Below, one piece after another: positions 23,316 through 32,000 of a stretch of 32,000 nucleotides of DNA. The translations under genes and the position numbers were made by a program. Origin of the DNA: Geobacter metallireducens GS-15 (GTDB taxonomy: Bacteria > Desulfobacterota > Desulfuromonadia > Geobacterales > Geobacteraceae); NCBI RefSeq assembly GCF_000012925.1, contig NC_007517.1, positions 2,790,001 to 2,822,000 on the forward strand, given 5' to 3'. The notes below the pieces were generated by a model. That model saw only the letters and a list, made by a program, of their open reading frames with translations, was not told the origin of the DNA and did not search any database. The stretch's first letter is position 1. Every line of letters begins with the position of its first letter.

Positions 23316-25409
23316 CTAAAACAGCCTGACCGTCCCCAGGGACCCGATCCCCGCGAGGTTGAAGTTCACGAAGAAATCCTTGGTGTCGACGCGGTCCCGG
23401 TAGGTGACGCTGACACTCCAGCACTGGTGACGGTATTCAACGGAATAGAACGACTCCAGGAAGTCCTTCTTGTCGAAAGAGTAGCGTGCGGAGTAGCTCA
23501 GGAATACCGGCTTCAACAGGGCCACGGAGGCCCTCCCCTCCAGGTAGTCGACCTCATCGCGGGCGAAGCGATATGTCACCCCCACGGCGTTGCCGCTTTC
23601 GTCCTTGGCATCGGCGGAAACGGCTGTCGTGGAGATGTTGGCATCATACACATTGAACCGGCTGTCGAGGGAGAGGGATACCTGCTTCAGGGGATTGACC
23701 CGGGCCTCCAGCATCACGTCGGTGAAAGGCCGCTTCTTGTCCACGAGCGTCAGGAGATCGCGCCGGTCGCCGCTGAAGTCGTACCCCTGGGAAAGCCGCA
23801 GGTAGAGCAGTTCCCGGTACTCGGCGGTATCTCCCGCACCGGCGAACTTGCCGGTCACGTAGTTGGCCAGGGAGTAGACGACGCGGTTTTCGTGAACGAG
23901 ACGGTCGTTGTAATCGAAAAAGGGGAGCCCCTGCTGCTGCCGGTTCTGCACGAAATTGTACCGTACCTCGGGGATCAGGACGTGGCGGACCTTGGGGACG
24001 GCCGCGTACCCTGTCTCGTAGACCCGCGCCAAGGTTGACGAGAGCGCTCCCCCACCCGTGAAGAGCCCCATGCCGTGGTAGCCGTCGGCATCAGGAAGAT
24101 TATTGGGGTCGTTGGGGGGTACATCGAAGGCATTGTAGAGCCGAAGGCGGTAGCCGGCCCATGCCGTGGCCTCGATGGTATCGAAGGGCTTCGCATAGGC
24201 GGTCAGGACCGGGTGGAGGTCGAGCCGCTGCCCCTTGATCCCCTCGCTGCGGTAGAAGTTGGTGAAGCTCGATTCGTGGGAGACAAAGAGCGGCGAGCCG
24301 AAGAGCCGTTCCCGGACGCCGAAGAGGCTGATGACCGGGAGTTTCTGGAGGGTTTTACGGTTGTCGAGAATTTCCTCCCGCAGATCCTCCACGTACTTGA
24401 ATTCTCCGACGAGCACCTGCCGGTGGAACTGTTTGGTCAGGGAAAGGGACGAATCGAGCTGGTTCCGGTTGTAATCCCCGGTCTGTTCGGCGAAATCGCG
24501 GTAGAAGTCGCGGTCGGTGACCAAGTTGATGTCCGACTTGATGTTGAAGGTATCGGAAATGATCTCCTGATGCTTCTGGCTCATGTCCCCGCGGAACCGC
24601 TGCTGGTTGGAGTCGTAGATGGCATAGCCCCGGAAACTCCCTTCGCTCCCCCGCTTCCGGATGTAGCGGTAGTCGACGCCGAGCCCCTCGCCGCGCTTGC
24701 TCTGGATGTCGAGGTTGATGGTGGCATCCTGGCTCGGGCTGATGGCCCAGTAGTAGCCGAGATTAAACGTGAGCCCCTTCTTGCTGGAGTTACCGCCGCG
24801 AGGAGTAAGAAAGCCCGACTGCCGCTCCGTCTTTACCGGAAACACGATATAGGGGAAATAGAAGATCGGCACGTCGCTCAGGTAGAAGAGGGCGTGCTTG
24901 CCGGTGGCGTATTCGCCAAGGGTAACGTTCACGTCGGAGGCCGAAAACTTCCAACTGGGGCGCTCGGCATCGCAGGTGGTGAAGGTTCCTTTCTCGAGCC
25001 GGTAACTGTCGGTGCCCAGCTTGTACATCCGGGCGGCGCGGACATGAAAGTTCCCTTTCTTGATGAAGGCGTCTCCCTGCTCCACCTCTCCCGTCTCATC
25101 CTCGTAGTTGATCCGCAGCCGGTCGGCGCGCAGCATGTCACCGTCGCTCTTGAGGGACACGTTTCCCAGGGCCTCGGCTTCATTGCGATCCGGGAAAAGG
25201 AGCGCCTTGTCCGACAGGAGCGTCATCCCCCGCCCCCTTATCCGGACACTCCCCGTGGCCTCGATGCGGTCCTGGGCCGCCTCGTGGGTGAGGGTATCCG
25301 CCTCCACATGGACCGGACCGCCCGCGTCGCCCTGGGCTAACGCCGCTGCCGGTACCGAAAGAAAAACTGGCGCAAAGAGAAGGAGGTGTCTGTATGAAAA
25401 AATTCCCAT
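23316..25409 (-). CDS. lptD: LPS-assembly outer-membrane protein LptD (OstA family)
   Basis: 697 aa. Signal peptide MGIFSYRHLLLFAPVFLSVPAAALAQ. OstA-like N-terminal domain (VHVEADTLTH..ATGSVRIR..). Motifs RPSWKFSASDVNV..ATGKHALFYLSDVPIFYFPY..FPVKTERQSGFLTP, then a beta-barrel-type C-terminal region ending GTVRLF. Confidence 0.9.
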   Translation of the reverse strand: MGIFSYRHLLLFAPVFLSVPAAALAQGDAGGPVHVEADTLTHEAAQDRIEATGSVRIRGRGMTLLSDKALLFPDRNEAEALGNVSLKSDGDMLRADRLRINYEDETGEVEQGDAFIKKGNFHVRAARMYKLGTDSYRLEKGTFTTCDAERPSWKFSASDVNVTLGEYATGKHALFYLSDVPIFYFPYIVFPVKTERQSGFLTPRGGNSSKKGLTFNLGYYWAISPSQDATINLDIQSKRGEGLGVDYRYIRKRGSEGSFRGYAIYDSNQQRFRGDMSQKHQEIISDTFNIKSDINLVTDRDFYRDFAEQTGDYNRNQLDSSLSLTKQFHRQVLVGEFKYVEDLREEILDNRKTLQKLPVISLFGVRERLFGSPLFVSHESSFTNFYRSEGIKGQRLDLHPVLTAYAKPFDTIEATAWAGYRLRLYNAFDVPPNDPNNLPDADGYHGMGLFTGGGALSSTLARVYETGYAAVPKVRHVLIPEVRYNFVQNRQQQGLPFFDYNDRLVHENRVVYSLANYVTGKFAGAGDTAEYRELLYLRLSQGYDFSGDRRDLLTLVDKKRPFTDVMLEARVNPLKQVSLSLDSRFNVYDANISTTAVSADAKDESGNAVGVTYRFARDEVDYLEGRASVALLKPVFLSYSARYSFDKKDFLESFYSVEYRHQCWSVSVTYRDRVDTKDFFVNFNLAGIGSLGTVRLF

Positions 25410-25422
25410 GGGTAACTGTCAC

Positions 25423-26697
25423 TTATCCTCGGAAAGGTTCGAACCGCTGGGCGAGAAGCGCCGACCGGGCCTCTCCCACCGTAAAGAGGGAGCCGCAGAC
25501 AAGGATCAGATCATCGACCGCGGCCATGTTGCGGGCCATGGCAAGCCCCTCGGGCACGCGTCCGCCGTCGGTAGCGGAAACGCCCAACCGGCGGCACAGG
25601 GCGGCAAGCTCGGCCGAGGACAACCCCCGCTCCACCGCCGGGGTAACCGCCACCACCTCGTCAGTAAGGGGAAGGAGCGGCCCGAGGATTCCGGCGGCAT
25701 CCTTATCCCCCATGACCCCGACCACCACGATCAGACGCCGGCGCGGCACTCCCGCCAGGGATTCGGCCAGGGCCAAGGCACCTGCCGGATTGTGGGCCCC
25801 ATCAAAAATGATCCGGGGGGGGCCGGCAAAATATTCCATTCTCCCTGGCCAGCGGGCTTGGGAGATACCGCTGCGCAGCGCTTCATCCGCAAGTGAGTAG
25901 CCGACGGTGGTCAGAAGCTCCGCGGCAGCCAGGGCAGTCGCCGCATTCACGGCCTGATAACGCCCGCCGATTCCCAGTGTGAGACCTGACAGCACCCGTC
26001 CCATCCCCTGGTAGTCAAGCCCATCCGTTCCCCAAGATGCGCCGAAATCGCTGCCGAAGCGTACCAACGGGCTATTGAGGGCCGTGCTCCGCTCCTTGAT
26101 GACGTCAAGAACCTCCGCCTGCTGCTCCGCAAGTACCACCGGCCTCCCCGGCCTGATGATGCCGGCCTTCTCCCGGGCGATTGCCGCCAGCGAATCGCCG
26201 AGCCACACGCAGTGATCAAGGGCCACGGGAGTGATGACGGAAAGGATTCCGAAAGCGGCGCTGGTGGCGTCGGAGCCTCCCCCCATACCCGCTTCGAGAA
26301 TGGCGACAGTCACCTGCTCCTCGGCAAAATAACGGAGCGCCATGGCGGTCACGATCTCGAAAAAGGTGGTGCCATCCGGGGCGGCAGCCATGACCAGCCC
26401 GGCAATGCGGCAAACCGCATCCTCGGCGATCTCGGTGCCGTCGATGCGAATCCGTTCGGTGAATCGGGTGAGATGGGGAGAAGTGAAGAGGCCGGTCCGA
26501 TACCCGCCTGTCGTCAGGATGGAGGCCAGGAACGCCGCCGTGGACCCCTTGCCGTTGGTCCCTGCCACGTGAACGACCCGCAGCCGCTCGTGGGGATTGC
26601 CGAGCCTCTCCAGAAGCGTGGCGATCCGTTCGAGCCCGGGTTTGATCCCGAAACGCCTCAGGCCGTAGATATGTGTCAGGGTCTCCTCGTAGGTCAT
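25423..26697 (-). CDS. folC: bifunctional folylpolyglutamate synthase / dihydrofolate synthase
   Basis: 424 aa. N-terminus IKPGLERIATLLERLGNPHERLRVVHVAGTNGKGST (Mur ligase-type P-loop); the remainder is FolC-like. Confidence 0.9.
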   Translation of the reverse strand: MTYEETLTHIYGLRRFGIKPGLERIATLLERLGNPHERLRVVHVAGTNGKGSTAAFLASILTTGGYRTGLFTSPHLTRFTERIRIDGTEIAEDAVCRIAGLVMAAAPDGTTFFEIVTAMALRYFAEEQVTVAILEAGMGGGSDATSAAFGILSVITPVALDHCVWLGDSLAAIAREKAGIIRPGRPVVLAEQQAEVLDVIKERSTALNSPLVRFGSDFGASWGTDGLDYQGMGRVLSGLTLGIGGRYQAVNAATALAAAELLTTVGYSLADEALRSGISQARWPGRMEYFAGPPRIIFDGAHNPAGALALAESLAGVPRRRLIVVVGVMGDKDAAGILGPLLPLTDEVVAVTPAVERGLSSAELAALCRRLGVSATDGGRVPEGLAMARNMAAVDDLILVCGSLFTVGEARSALLAQRFEPFRG

Positions 26698-26707
26698 GAC
26701 GGGCGGG

Positions 26708-26713
26708 ATTATA
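26708..26713 (-). promoter_or_regulatory. perfect TATAAT -10 box 10 nt upstream of the folC ATG (internal promoter candidate, near-leaderless mRNA)
   Basis: The - strand reads ..TGGATT-N17-TATAAT-CCCGCCCGTC-ATG. There is no SD sequence in front of folC. Confidence 0.3.
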
Positions 26714-26760
26714 CGGGAAGAGAGGGGGAAAATCCACCGCTTTGACCCACGAAAGCAACA

Positions 26761-26785
26761 GGGGCGGAGAGAACACCTCCGCCCC
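26761..26785 (-). terminator. perfect 9-bp GC hairpin between accD and folC (terminator/attenuator candidate)
   Basis: GGGGCGGAG-n7-CTCCGCCCC. On the - strand it is followed by UGUUGCUUUC, a moderately U-rich tail. Confidence 0.45.
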
Positions 26786-26815
26786 TGCCGGTCAATCGCT
26801 CGCCACCTCTCCGCT

Positions 26816-27658
26816 TCAGCGGCGGTAGAGCATCGAAAGGATCTGGGCCAGCCTTGCCCGCATATCCTTACGCTCCACGATCAAATCCACCATGCCGTGG
26901 TCCAGGAGGTACTCGGCACGCTGGAATCCCTCGGGAAGTTTCTGCCGGATGGTCTGCTCGATGACGCGCGGTCCGGCAAAACCGATCAGGGCCTTGGGCT
27001 CGGCCATATTGACATCGCCCAGCATGGAAAAACTTGCCGTTACGCCGCCGGTGGTGGGATCGGTGAGGATCGAAATGTAGGGAAGCCCCAGATCCTTCAG
27101 CTTCGCCAGGGCTGCCGAGGTCTTCGCCATCTGCATCAGCGACAGAATGCTTTCCTGCATCCGAGCGCCGCCCGAGGCGGAGATGATGATGACCGGGGTC
27201 CGCTTCTCAATCCCCCGCTCGATGGCGCGGGTGATCTTCTCCCCCACCACGCTCCCCATGCTTCCCCCCATGAAGGAGAAGTCGAAGACAGCCAGCTGCA
27301 CCGGGACAGCGTCAATCGCCCCCTCGCCGCAGACAACGGCGTCACGGGAGCCCCCCTTGGCAACCGCCTGCTGGATGCGGTCCTGATAGCTCTTGGAATC
27401 CTTGAAGTTGAGGACGTCCACCGACGTCATGCCGGCGTCGTGCTCCGCAAAACTCCCCGGATCCATGAGCAGATCGATCCGCTGCCGGGCCGAGATCCGG
27501 TAGTGGTGGCCGCACTGGGGGCAGACATTGATGTTTTTCTCCAGATCCTTCGTTAGGAGGTTAGCCTTGCAGCTCACGCACTTGGTAAGCAGCCCCTCGG
27601 GAACCTTCACCTTCTTGTCTGCCGCGCCCGGCGCCTTGTCGCGTTTGAACCACGCCAT
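26816..27658 (-). CDS. accD: acetyl-CoA carboxylase carboxyltransferase beta subunit
   Basis: MAWFKRDK N-terminus, Zn-ribbon CVSCKANL..CPQCGHH, then the carboxyltransferase domain. ATG 27658 lies 8 nt after GGAG. The track start at 27667 is a GTG extension. Confidence 0.92.
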   Translation of the reverse strand: MAWFKRDKAPGAADKKVKVPEGLLTKCVSCKANLLTKDLEKNINVCPQCGHHYRISARQRIDLLMDPGSFAEHDAGMTSVDVLNFKDSKSYQDRIQQAVAKGGSRDAVVCGEGAIDAVPVQLAVFDFSFMGGSMGSVVGEKITRAIERGIEKRTPVIIISASGGARMQESILSLMQMAKTSAALAKLKDLGLPYISILTDPTTGGVTASFSMLGDVNMAEPKALIGFAGPRVIEQTIRQKLPEGFQRAEYLLDHGMVDLIVERKDMRARLAQILSMLYRR

Positions 27659-27742
27659 ATCTTTCACTCCGTCGGGACAAGCAACGCCCCGGATATTTTT
27701 AGTAAAAATGAAGTCCTCTGGTACCAGAAATCGACGACAAAG

Positions 27743-28552
27743 TCAATTGTCGTATCTTCCCCGGTCCACTGCCTGCTTCAGCGATGAGACAAAGGTTGCC
27801 AGTGCTCCCTTGAGTTCCTCACCCCGGTGCTTCTCGAAAAGCTTCACAATGGCGCTGCCGACCACCACGCCGTCGGCCGTGGCAGCCACCTCCCCCGCCT
27901 GTTCGGGGGTGGCGATACCGAATCCTACTGCCACCGGCACCTTAGAGCACTCCTTGATGATGTTCACGTTGCCGGCCACCGATGCCTCTATGCCGCTGCG
28001 GACACCGGTCACGCCGGTTACGGAGACATAGTAGATGAAGCCACGGGCACGGTTGGTCACCGTGCGGATCCGCGTCTCGTCGGACGTGGGAGTGAGGAGG
28101 AAAATGACGTCGATCCCGTGCCGGTCGGCGCACGCCTTGAACTCCCCCGCCTCTTCGGGGGGAAGATCCACCAGCAGGACGCCGTCGACCCCTGCCGCGG
28201 CCGCATCGGCGGCAAACCGTTCGAGGCCGTAGCTGAAGATCGGGTTGAAGTATCCCATCAGGACGATGGGGACCTGGGTGCGACCCCGGACGGATTTTAC
28301 TGTAGCTAAAATCCTCGACAGGGTTGTGCCGGCGGCAAGGGCACGCTCGGAGGAGAGTTGGATCGTGGGGCCATCGGCCATGGGGTCGGAAAAGGGTACC
28401 CCCAGCTCGATGATGTCGGCGCCGTTCTCCGCCAGGAGCGGTATCAGCTCTTCTGTCGTTGCAAGGTCCGGATCACCGGCCGTGATAAAGGTCACCAAGG
28501 CCTTTTTTCCGGTTCGTTTCAACTCGGCAAATGTACCGGTAATTCTACTCAT
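27743..28552 (-). CDS. trpA: tryptophan synthase alpha chain
   Basis: [63 protein letters not shown] signature motifs. Start is ATG 28552; the track start at 28579 is TTG. Confidence 0.92.
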
Positions 28553-28593
28553 TGTTAAACCTTTCGGAGGTGGTGACAACTACATTGCTGGCC

Positions 28594-30795
28594 CTAACCC
28601 TTGGGCACTGCTCCCTGATTTTCAACCTTGAAGCTGTTCATTTCTCCCTGAAGCACTTCAAGCTGGCGGGAGAGCCGGGAGACCGAGTCCTCCATCATCT
28701 TGGCGGCCCCAAGGTTTGTATCCGTTGATTCCTGGATGTTTTCTACGGCGCGGATAATCTGCTCGCTCCCCCGGGTCTGCTCGTCACAGGCCCTCTTGAT
28801 CTGGCGGATCATGGTGGTGATATTCTCCGTGGAACTGGCAATGAAATTCCCGACTTTTGCCTGCTCCTTGGTGGAGACCCTTACCTGGGAGGTGAGCCCC
28901 TTCATCCGCTCGGCAGCCCCCATAATCATGTCGCTCCCCTTGCTCTGCTCACGGGTGGCGCTGGCGATCTGGCCGATCATGTCGGAGACCTGCTCCATGG
29001 CCTCCCGGATCATCTGGCTCCCCTTGGCCTGCTCCATGGTGGCCCGGGCGATGCTTTCCACCTGTGCGGTGGTCTCCTGGACCCCGGTAACGATCTTGGC
29101 GAGGGCCTCGCCCGACCGCTGTGACAGAATCTCTCCGTCGGCGATGCTCTTCTCGGCCACCTCGATCGCCTCCACGGCCCGGGCGGTTTCGTCCTGAACC
29201 CCCTTGATGAGCAGGGAGATTTCCCGGGTGGAACTGGAGGTCCGTTCGGCCAACTCCTTGATCTCGTCGGCCACCACGGCGAACCCCTTGCCGTGCTCCC
29301 CTGCCTGGGCGGCGATGATGGCGGCGTTCAACGCCAGGAGGTTGGTCTGCTCGGCCACTTCGTCGATGACCGAGAGGATCGCGCCGATATCGCTGACCCG
29401 CTCCGAAAGGGTTTCGATCACCTCGGAGGTAATCCGGGACGAGCGCTTGATCTCGCTGATGCCCGCAATGGTGGCCTCAACCGAAGCCTTGCCCGTTTCG
29501 GCGTCACGGCGGACTCCCTCGGAAATGGCCGCGGATTCCATGGCGTTTTTCTCGACCTGCTTGATGGAGCTGTCCATCTCGGCCACCGAAGAAGCAGTGG
29601 ATGAGGTCGCCTCCATGAGGCTCGCGACACTGCCGCTGATCTGCTTGATGGACGCCACCATCTCCACGACCGAAGAGCTCACCTCCTCAACGGACTGGGC
29701 CAGGGCCTCCGCGTTCAAGGCCACCTCTTCGATGCTCGCGGCCATCTCCAGGATGGAGGACGAGGTCTCCGACGACGAGAGCGAAAGACTGTCGACCCCG
29801 GAGGAAACTTCCTTGATGGAAGCATTGATCTCGGTCACCGCGGAGGATGTCTGGGACCCCCCCTCGGCCTGAACCTCGGCCGCGGAGAGGACCCGGCGGG
29901 AGACCTCGAAGATGTTGGCCGAGATCTGCCCCACCTCCACCAGGGAGCGATTCACCTTCTTAACGAGTTCACCGAGCTTCTCCAGCATGGTATTGAAGTC
30001 ATCGCCGAGTCGGCCGAGTTCATCTCCCGACGTGATGGGCACCCGGGAGGAGAGATCCCCCTCCGCGCCGCCCTTCACGGCCTTGACCATCTGATCGACG
30101 CGGCGAATAATGTTGCGGGTAGCAACAATGCCGAACGAAAAGGCGAGGGCCGCGGCACCGATAATCACGAAAATGAAGGTTATGGTTACGGAGGTTTTGA
30201 CCCGCGACGTCTCCTTCCCCGCATCCTTCATCATCCCCTTGACCGTTTCGATGAGATCGTCGATATCACGGGCAACGAACTCGCTGGCACCGGAAAGCTC
30301 CGAGATGAGGCGGGACTCGGACAGCGTGGACGGAGTCTGTTGGCCGGCAATAACAGCGGTTTTGTAAGCGATGATCTTCTCGGCAACCTTTTCGTATTCG
30401 CCCCATGTTTCCGTGAGGGTCTCGGCGTGGGATTCCATGACGCTGTCCTTGGGCGCCGGGTGAATCCCCAGCGCCTCGTCCCCCTTGAGAAGTCCCGTTG
30501 AGTAACGGCGGATGAGATCGCGGTTCTTGGTATATGAGTCGAGGTGCTCCTTCATTCCCTTTTCGTCAAGGTGCCCCATCAGTCCCTCAAGGAGGTCCGC
30601 CCGGACGGTCCGCTCGGCCGACTGGAGCTGGAGCGCCACCTTCTGCTGATCGTACTGTTCCTGCAGGACGGTCCCGACACGGCTTGAAACCATGTTGATG
30701 CTCCGGATGCCGATCAATCCGGTCACCGCCACGATGACGGCCATAATGATGAAGGATCCGATAAGCCGTACGCCGAGTTTCATATCCTTGAGCAT
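28594..30795 (-). CDS. methyl-accepting chemotaxis protein with very long (~64-heptad) signalling domain
   Basis: Two TM segments (aa ~10-30 and ~203-225) flank a ~170-aa helical periplasmic domain. A HAMP domain follows (..[21 protein letters not shown]). Conserved hairpin tip: [38 protein letters not shown] at aa ~483-518. Confidence 0.9.
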   Translation of the reverse strand: MLKDMKLGVRLIGSFIIMAVIVAVTGLIGIRSINMVSSRVGTVLQEQYDQQKVALQLQSAERTVRADLLEGLMGHLDEKGMKEHLDSYTKNRDLIRRYSTGLLKGDEALGIHPAPKDSVMESHAETLTETWGEYEKVAEKIIAYKTAVIAGQQTPSTLSESRLISELSGASEFVARDIDDLIETVKGMMKDAGKETSRVKTSVTITFIFVIIGAAALAFSFGIVATRNIIRRVDQMVKAVKGGAEGDLSSRVPITSGDELGRLGDDFNTMLEKLGELVKKVNRSLVEVGQISANIFEVSRRVLSAAEVQAEGGSQTSSAVTEINASIKEVSSGVDSLSLSSSETSSSILEMAASIEEVALNAEALAQSVEEVSSSVVEMVASIKQISGSVASLMEATSSTASSVAEMDSSIKQVEKNAMESAAISEGVRRDAETGKASVEATIAGISEIKRSSRITSEVIETLSERVSDIGAILSVIDEVAEQTNLLALNAAIIAAQAGEHGKGFAVVADEIKELAERTSSSTREISLLIKGVQDETARAVEAIEVAEKSIADGEILSQRSGEALAKIVTGVQETTAQVESIARATMEQAKGSQMIREAMEQVSDMIGQIASATREQSKGSDMIMGAAERMKGLTSQVRVSTKEQAKVGNFIASSTENITTMIRQIKRACDEQTRGSEQIIRAVENIQESTDTNLGAAKMMEDSVSRLSRQLEVLQGEMNSFKVENQGAVPKG

Positions 30796-30838
30796 AAAGT
30801 GCCCCTGCGCATGAAAAATTTAATAATCAACTGGTCTT

Positions 30839-30867
30839 GATATAACAGCCAAGGTCTGATTTTTCAA
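30839..30867 (-). promoter_or_regulatory. sigma-70-like promoter candidate for the MCP gene
   Basis: The - strand reads TTGAAA (30867-30862), 17-nt spacer, TATATC (30844-30839); about 45 nt upstream of ATG 30795. Confidence 0.35.
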
Positions 30868-30908
30868 GCGAAAAGAGGCTACCGACGCGGTTTCCCGAGC
30901 TGCCGGGC

Positions 30909-32000
30909 CTACGCCTCCGACCGCTTGGTTTCGAGCTCTTCCCAGCGAAGGAGAAGTTCCTCCAGTTTCTCTCCCATATGGGCGAATTCCGTGGAAAGGG
31001 CCGCTATCCCCCCCGGCGCCCCAGCATAGGCGGCAGGATCCGCCAGGGCGGCTTCCACCTCCGCCGTCCGGAGCTCCAGGTGGGCGATCTCCGCCTCGAC
31101 CCGCTCGAGCTCCTGCCTTTCGGCAAAGGTGAGCCCCTTCTTGCGGGGCCGTTCGCGTACCGCAGGAGGTGCCGCAACGGGCCTGCCACTCCCGCCCTTA
31201 TTCTCTTCTTTCAGATTTTGCGCTCTCAGCTCCCGGTAGAGGGTGTAGTTCCCTTCGTAGAAGACGGTCCTCCCCTCTCCCTCGAAGGAGAGGATGCCCG
31301 TTGCCACCTTATCGAGGAAAAAGCGATCGTGGGTCACCATGAGGATACAGCCGGGAAAGCGGGTCAGGGCATCGTCCAGAAGCTGCAGCGTCGGGATGTC
31401 GAGGTCGTTGGTGGGCTCGTCCAGGACGAGGAGGTTGGCGTCCGCCAGCATGAGGCGCGCCAGGATGAGGCGGCTCTTCTCGCCGCCGGAGAGGGTGGCG
31501 ATCCGCCGCATCCGGTCGGACGGCGGAAAGAGGAACTCCTCCAGGTAGCCAATCTTGTGGCGCCGCTCCCCCCCCACCGTCACGTAATCCCCCTCGCCGA
31601 GGAAATCATAGAGGGTCAGTGACGGATCGAGGATTTCCCGGTTCTGGTCAAAGTAGGCGATGCGGGTCTTGGCACCGATTACCACCGTCCCGCCATCGGG
31701 CGGCTCTTCCCCCATGATCATCCGCATGAGGGTGGTCTTGCCGCAGCCGTTGGGGCCAATGATCCCGACCCGGTCGCCGCGCTTCATGAGGAAGGTGAGG
31801 TCGTCCACCAGGAGCTGTCCCCCCAGGGACTTCCGCACCCCCTGGAGCTCCATGATGGTGCCACCCAGACCATCACCGGGGGTGAAGGCGATGGTGGTCT
31901 CCCGGGTCGTCTCCACCTGTGCACGGGCCTCAAGGTCGTGGAACCGGTCGATGCGGGCCTTCTGCTTGGTGGTGCGGGCCTTGGGGCCCCGCCGCATCCA
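30909..32000 (-). CDS. ABC-F family ATPase (Uup-like), 3' part; gene continues beyond the window
   Basis: The inter-domain linker (RTTKQKARIDRF) is followed by the second NBD: Walker A GPNGCGKTT, signature LSGGEKSRL, Walker B LLVLDEPTNDLD. The C-terminal coiled coil is ERQELERVEAEIAHLELRTAEVEAAL. The frame is open to nt 32000. Confidence 0.85.
   Translation of the reverse strand, partial: WMRRGPKARTTKQKARIDRFHDLEARAQVETTRETTIAFTPGDGLGGTIMELQGVRKSLGGQLLVDDLTFLMKRGDRVGIIGPNGCGKTTLMRMIMGEEPPDGGTVVIGAKTRIAYFDQNREILDPSLTLYDFLGEGDYVTVGGERRHKIGYLEEFLFPPSDRMRRIATLSGGEKSRLILARLMLADANLLVLDEPTNDLDIPTLQLLDDALTRFPGCILMVTHDRFFLDKVATGILSFEGEGRTVFYEGNYTLYRELRAQNLKEENKGGSGRPVAAPPAVRERPRKKGLTFAERQELERVEAEIAHLELRTAEVEAALADPAAYAGAPGGIAALSTEFAHMGEKLEELLLRWEELETKRSEA

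Noticed and set aside
20773-25340. Long + strand ORFs 20773-22221, 22377-24038 and 24075-25340
   Set aside because: They are antisense to the well-supported cupin/rfbD, rfbB and lptD genes. Their composition is typical of GC shadow frames.
27743-28552. trpA without adjacent trpB, lying between an MCP gene and accD
   Set aside because: trpA-accD-folC linkage occurs in various bacteria, and split trp operons are common. I consider this ordinary genome organisation.
1-32000. Genomic island or mobile element signatures around the giant operon
   Set aside because: I found no integrase, transposase, tRNA gene or flanking direct repeats. The coding G+C of the operon looks similar to the neighbouring housekeeping genes; only the promoter island is AT-rich.

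Overview
This is a high-GC bacterial chromosome segment. It is probably from a Geobacter-type (Desulfuromonadales) genome; that is an inference from the Geobacter-style CX4CH...CXXCH cytochrome repeats, sigma-54-like promoters and gene content. Left part, + strand: the 3' end of a radical SAM gene, an OFA-family MFS transporter behind a sigma-54-like promoter, and an ExeA/GspA-GspB pair. Centre, - strand, about 4.6-20.5 kb (half of the window): a tightly packed three-gene operon. It encodes (i) a ~1,520-aa c-type cytochrome with 27 CXXCH + 6 CX4CH motifs by my count, (ii) a ~3,500-aa secreted protein built from two SBBP beta-propellers, 14 FN3 domains and four DUF2341 + ConA/LamG-like modules, and (iii) a small protein with two CarboxypepD_reg domains. 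The operon is bounded upstream by a strong terminator plus an AT-rich promoter island, and downstream by the convergent gspB. I consider it the best candidate for an undescribed system, namely a cytochrome-plus-giant-lectin/propeller scaffold for extracellular electron transfer or attachment. Right part, - strand: ordinary envelope and metabolism genes (PMI-type cupin, rmlD, rmlB, lptD, folC, accD, trpA), an unusually long (~64-heptad) chemoreceptor, and the 3' part of an ABC-F ATPase. I saw no rRNA, tRNA, CRISPR array, transposase or integrase. Most long antisense ORFs in the track are GC-driven shadow ORFs. The ORF track uses GTG/TTG starts, and several of its ORFs carry spurious N-terminal extensions; I give corrected starts where a Shine-Dalgarno (SD) sequence supports one.
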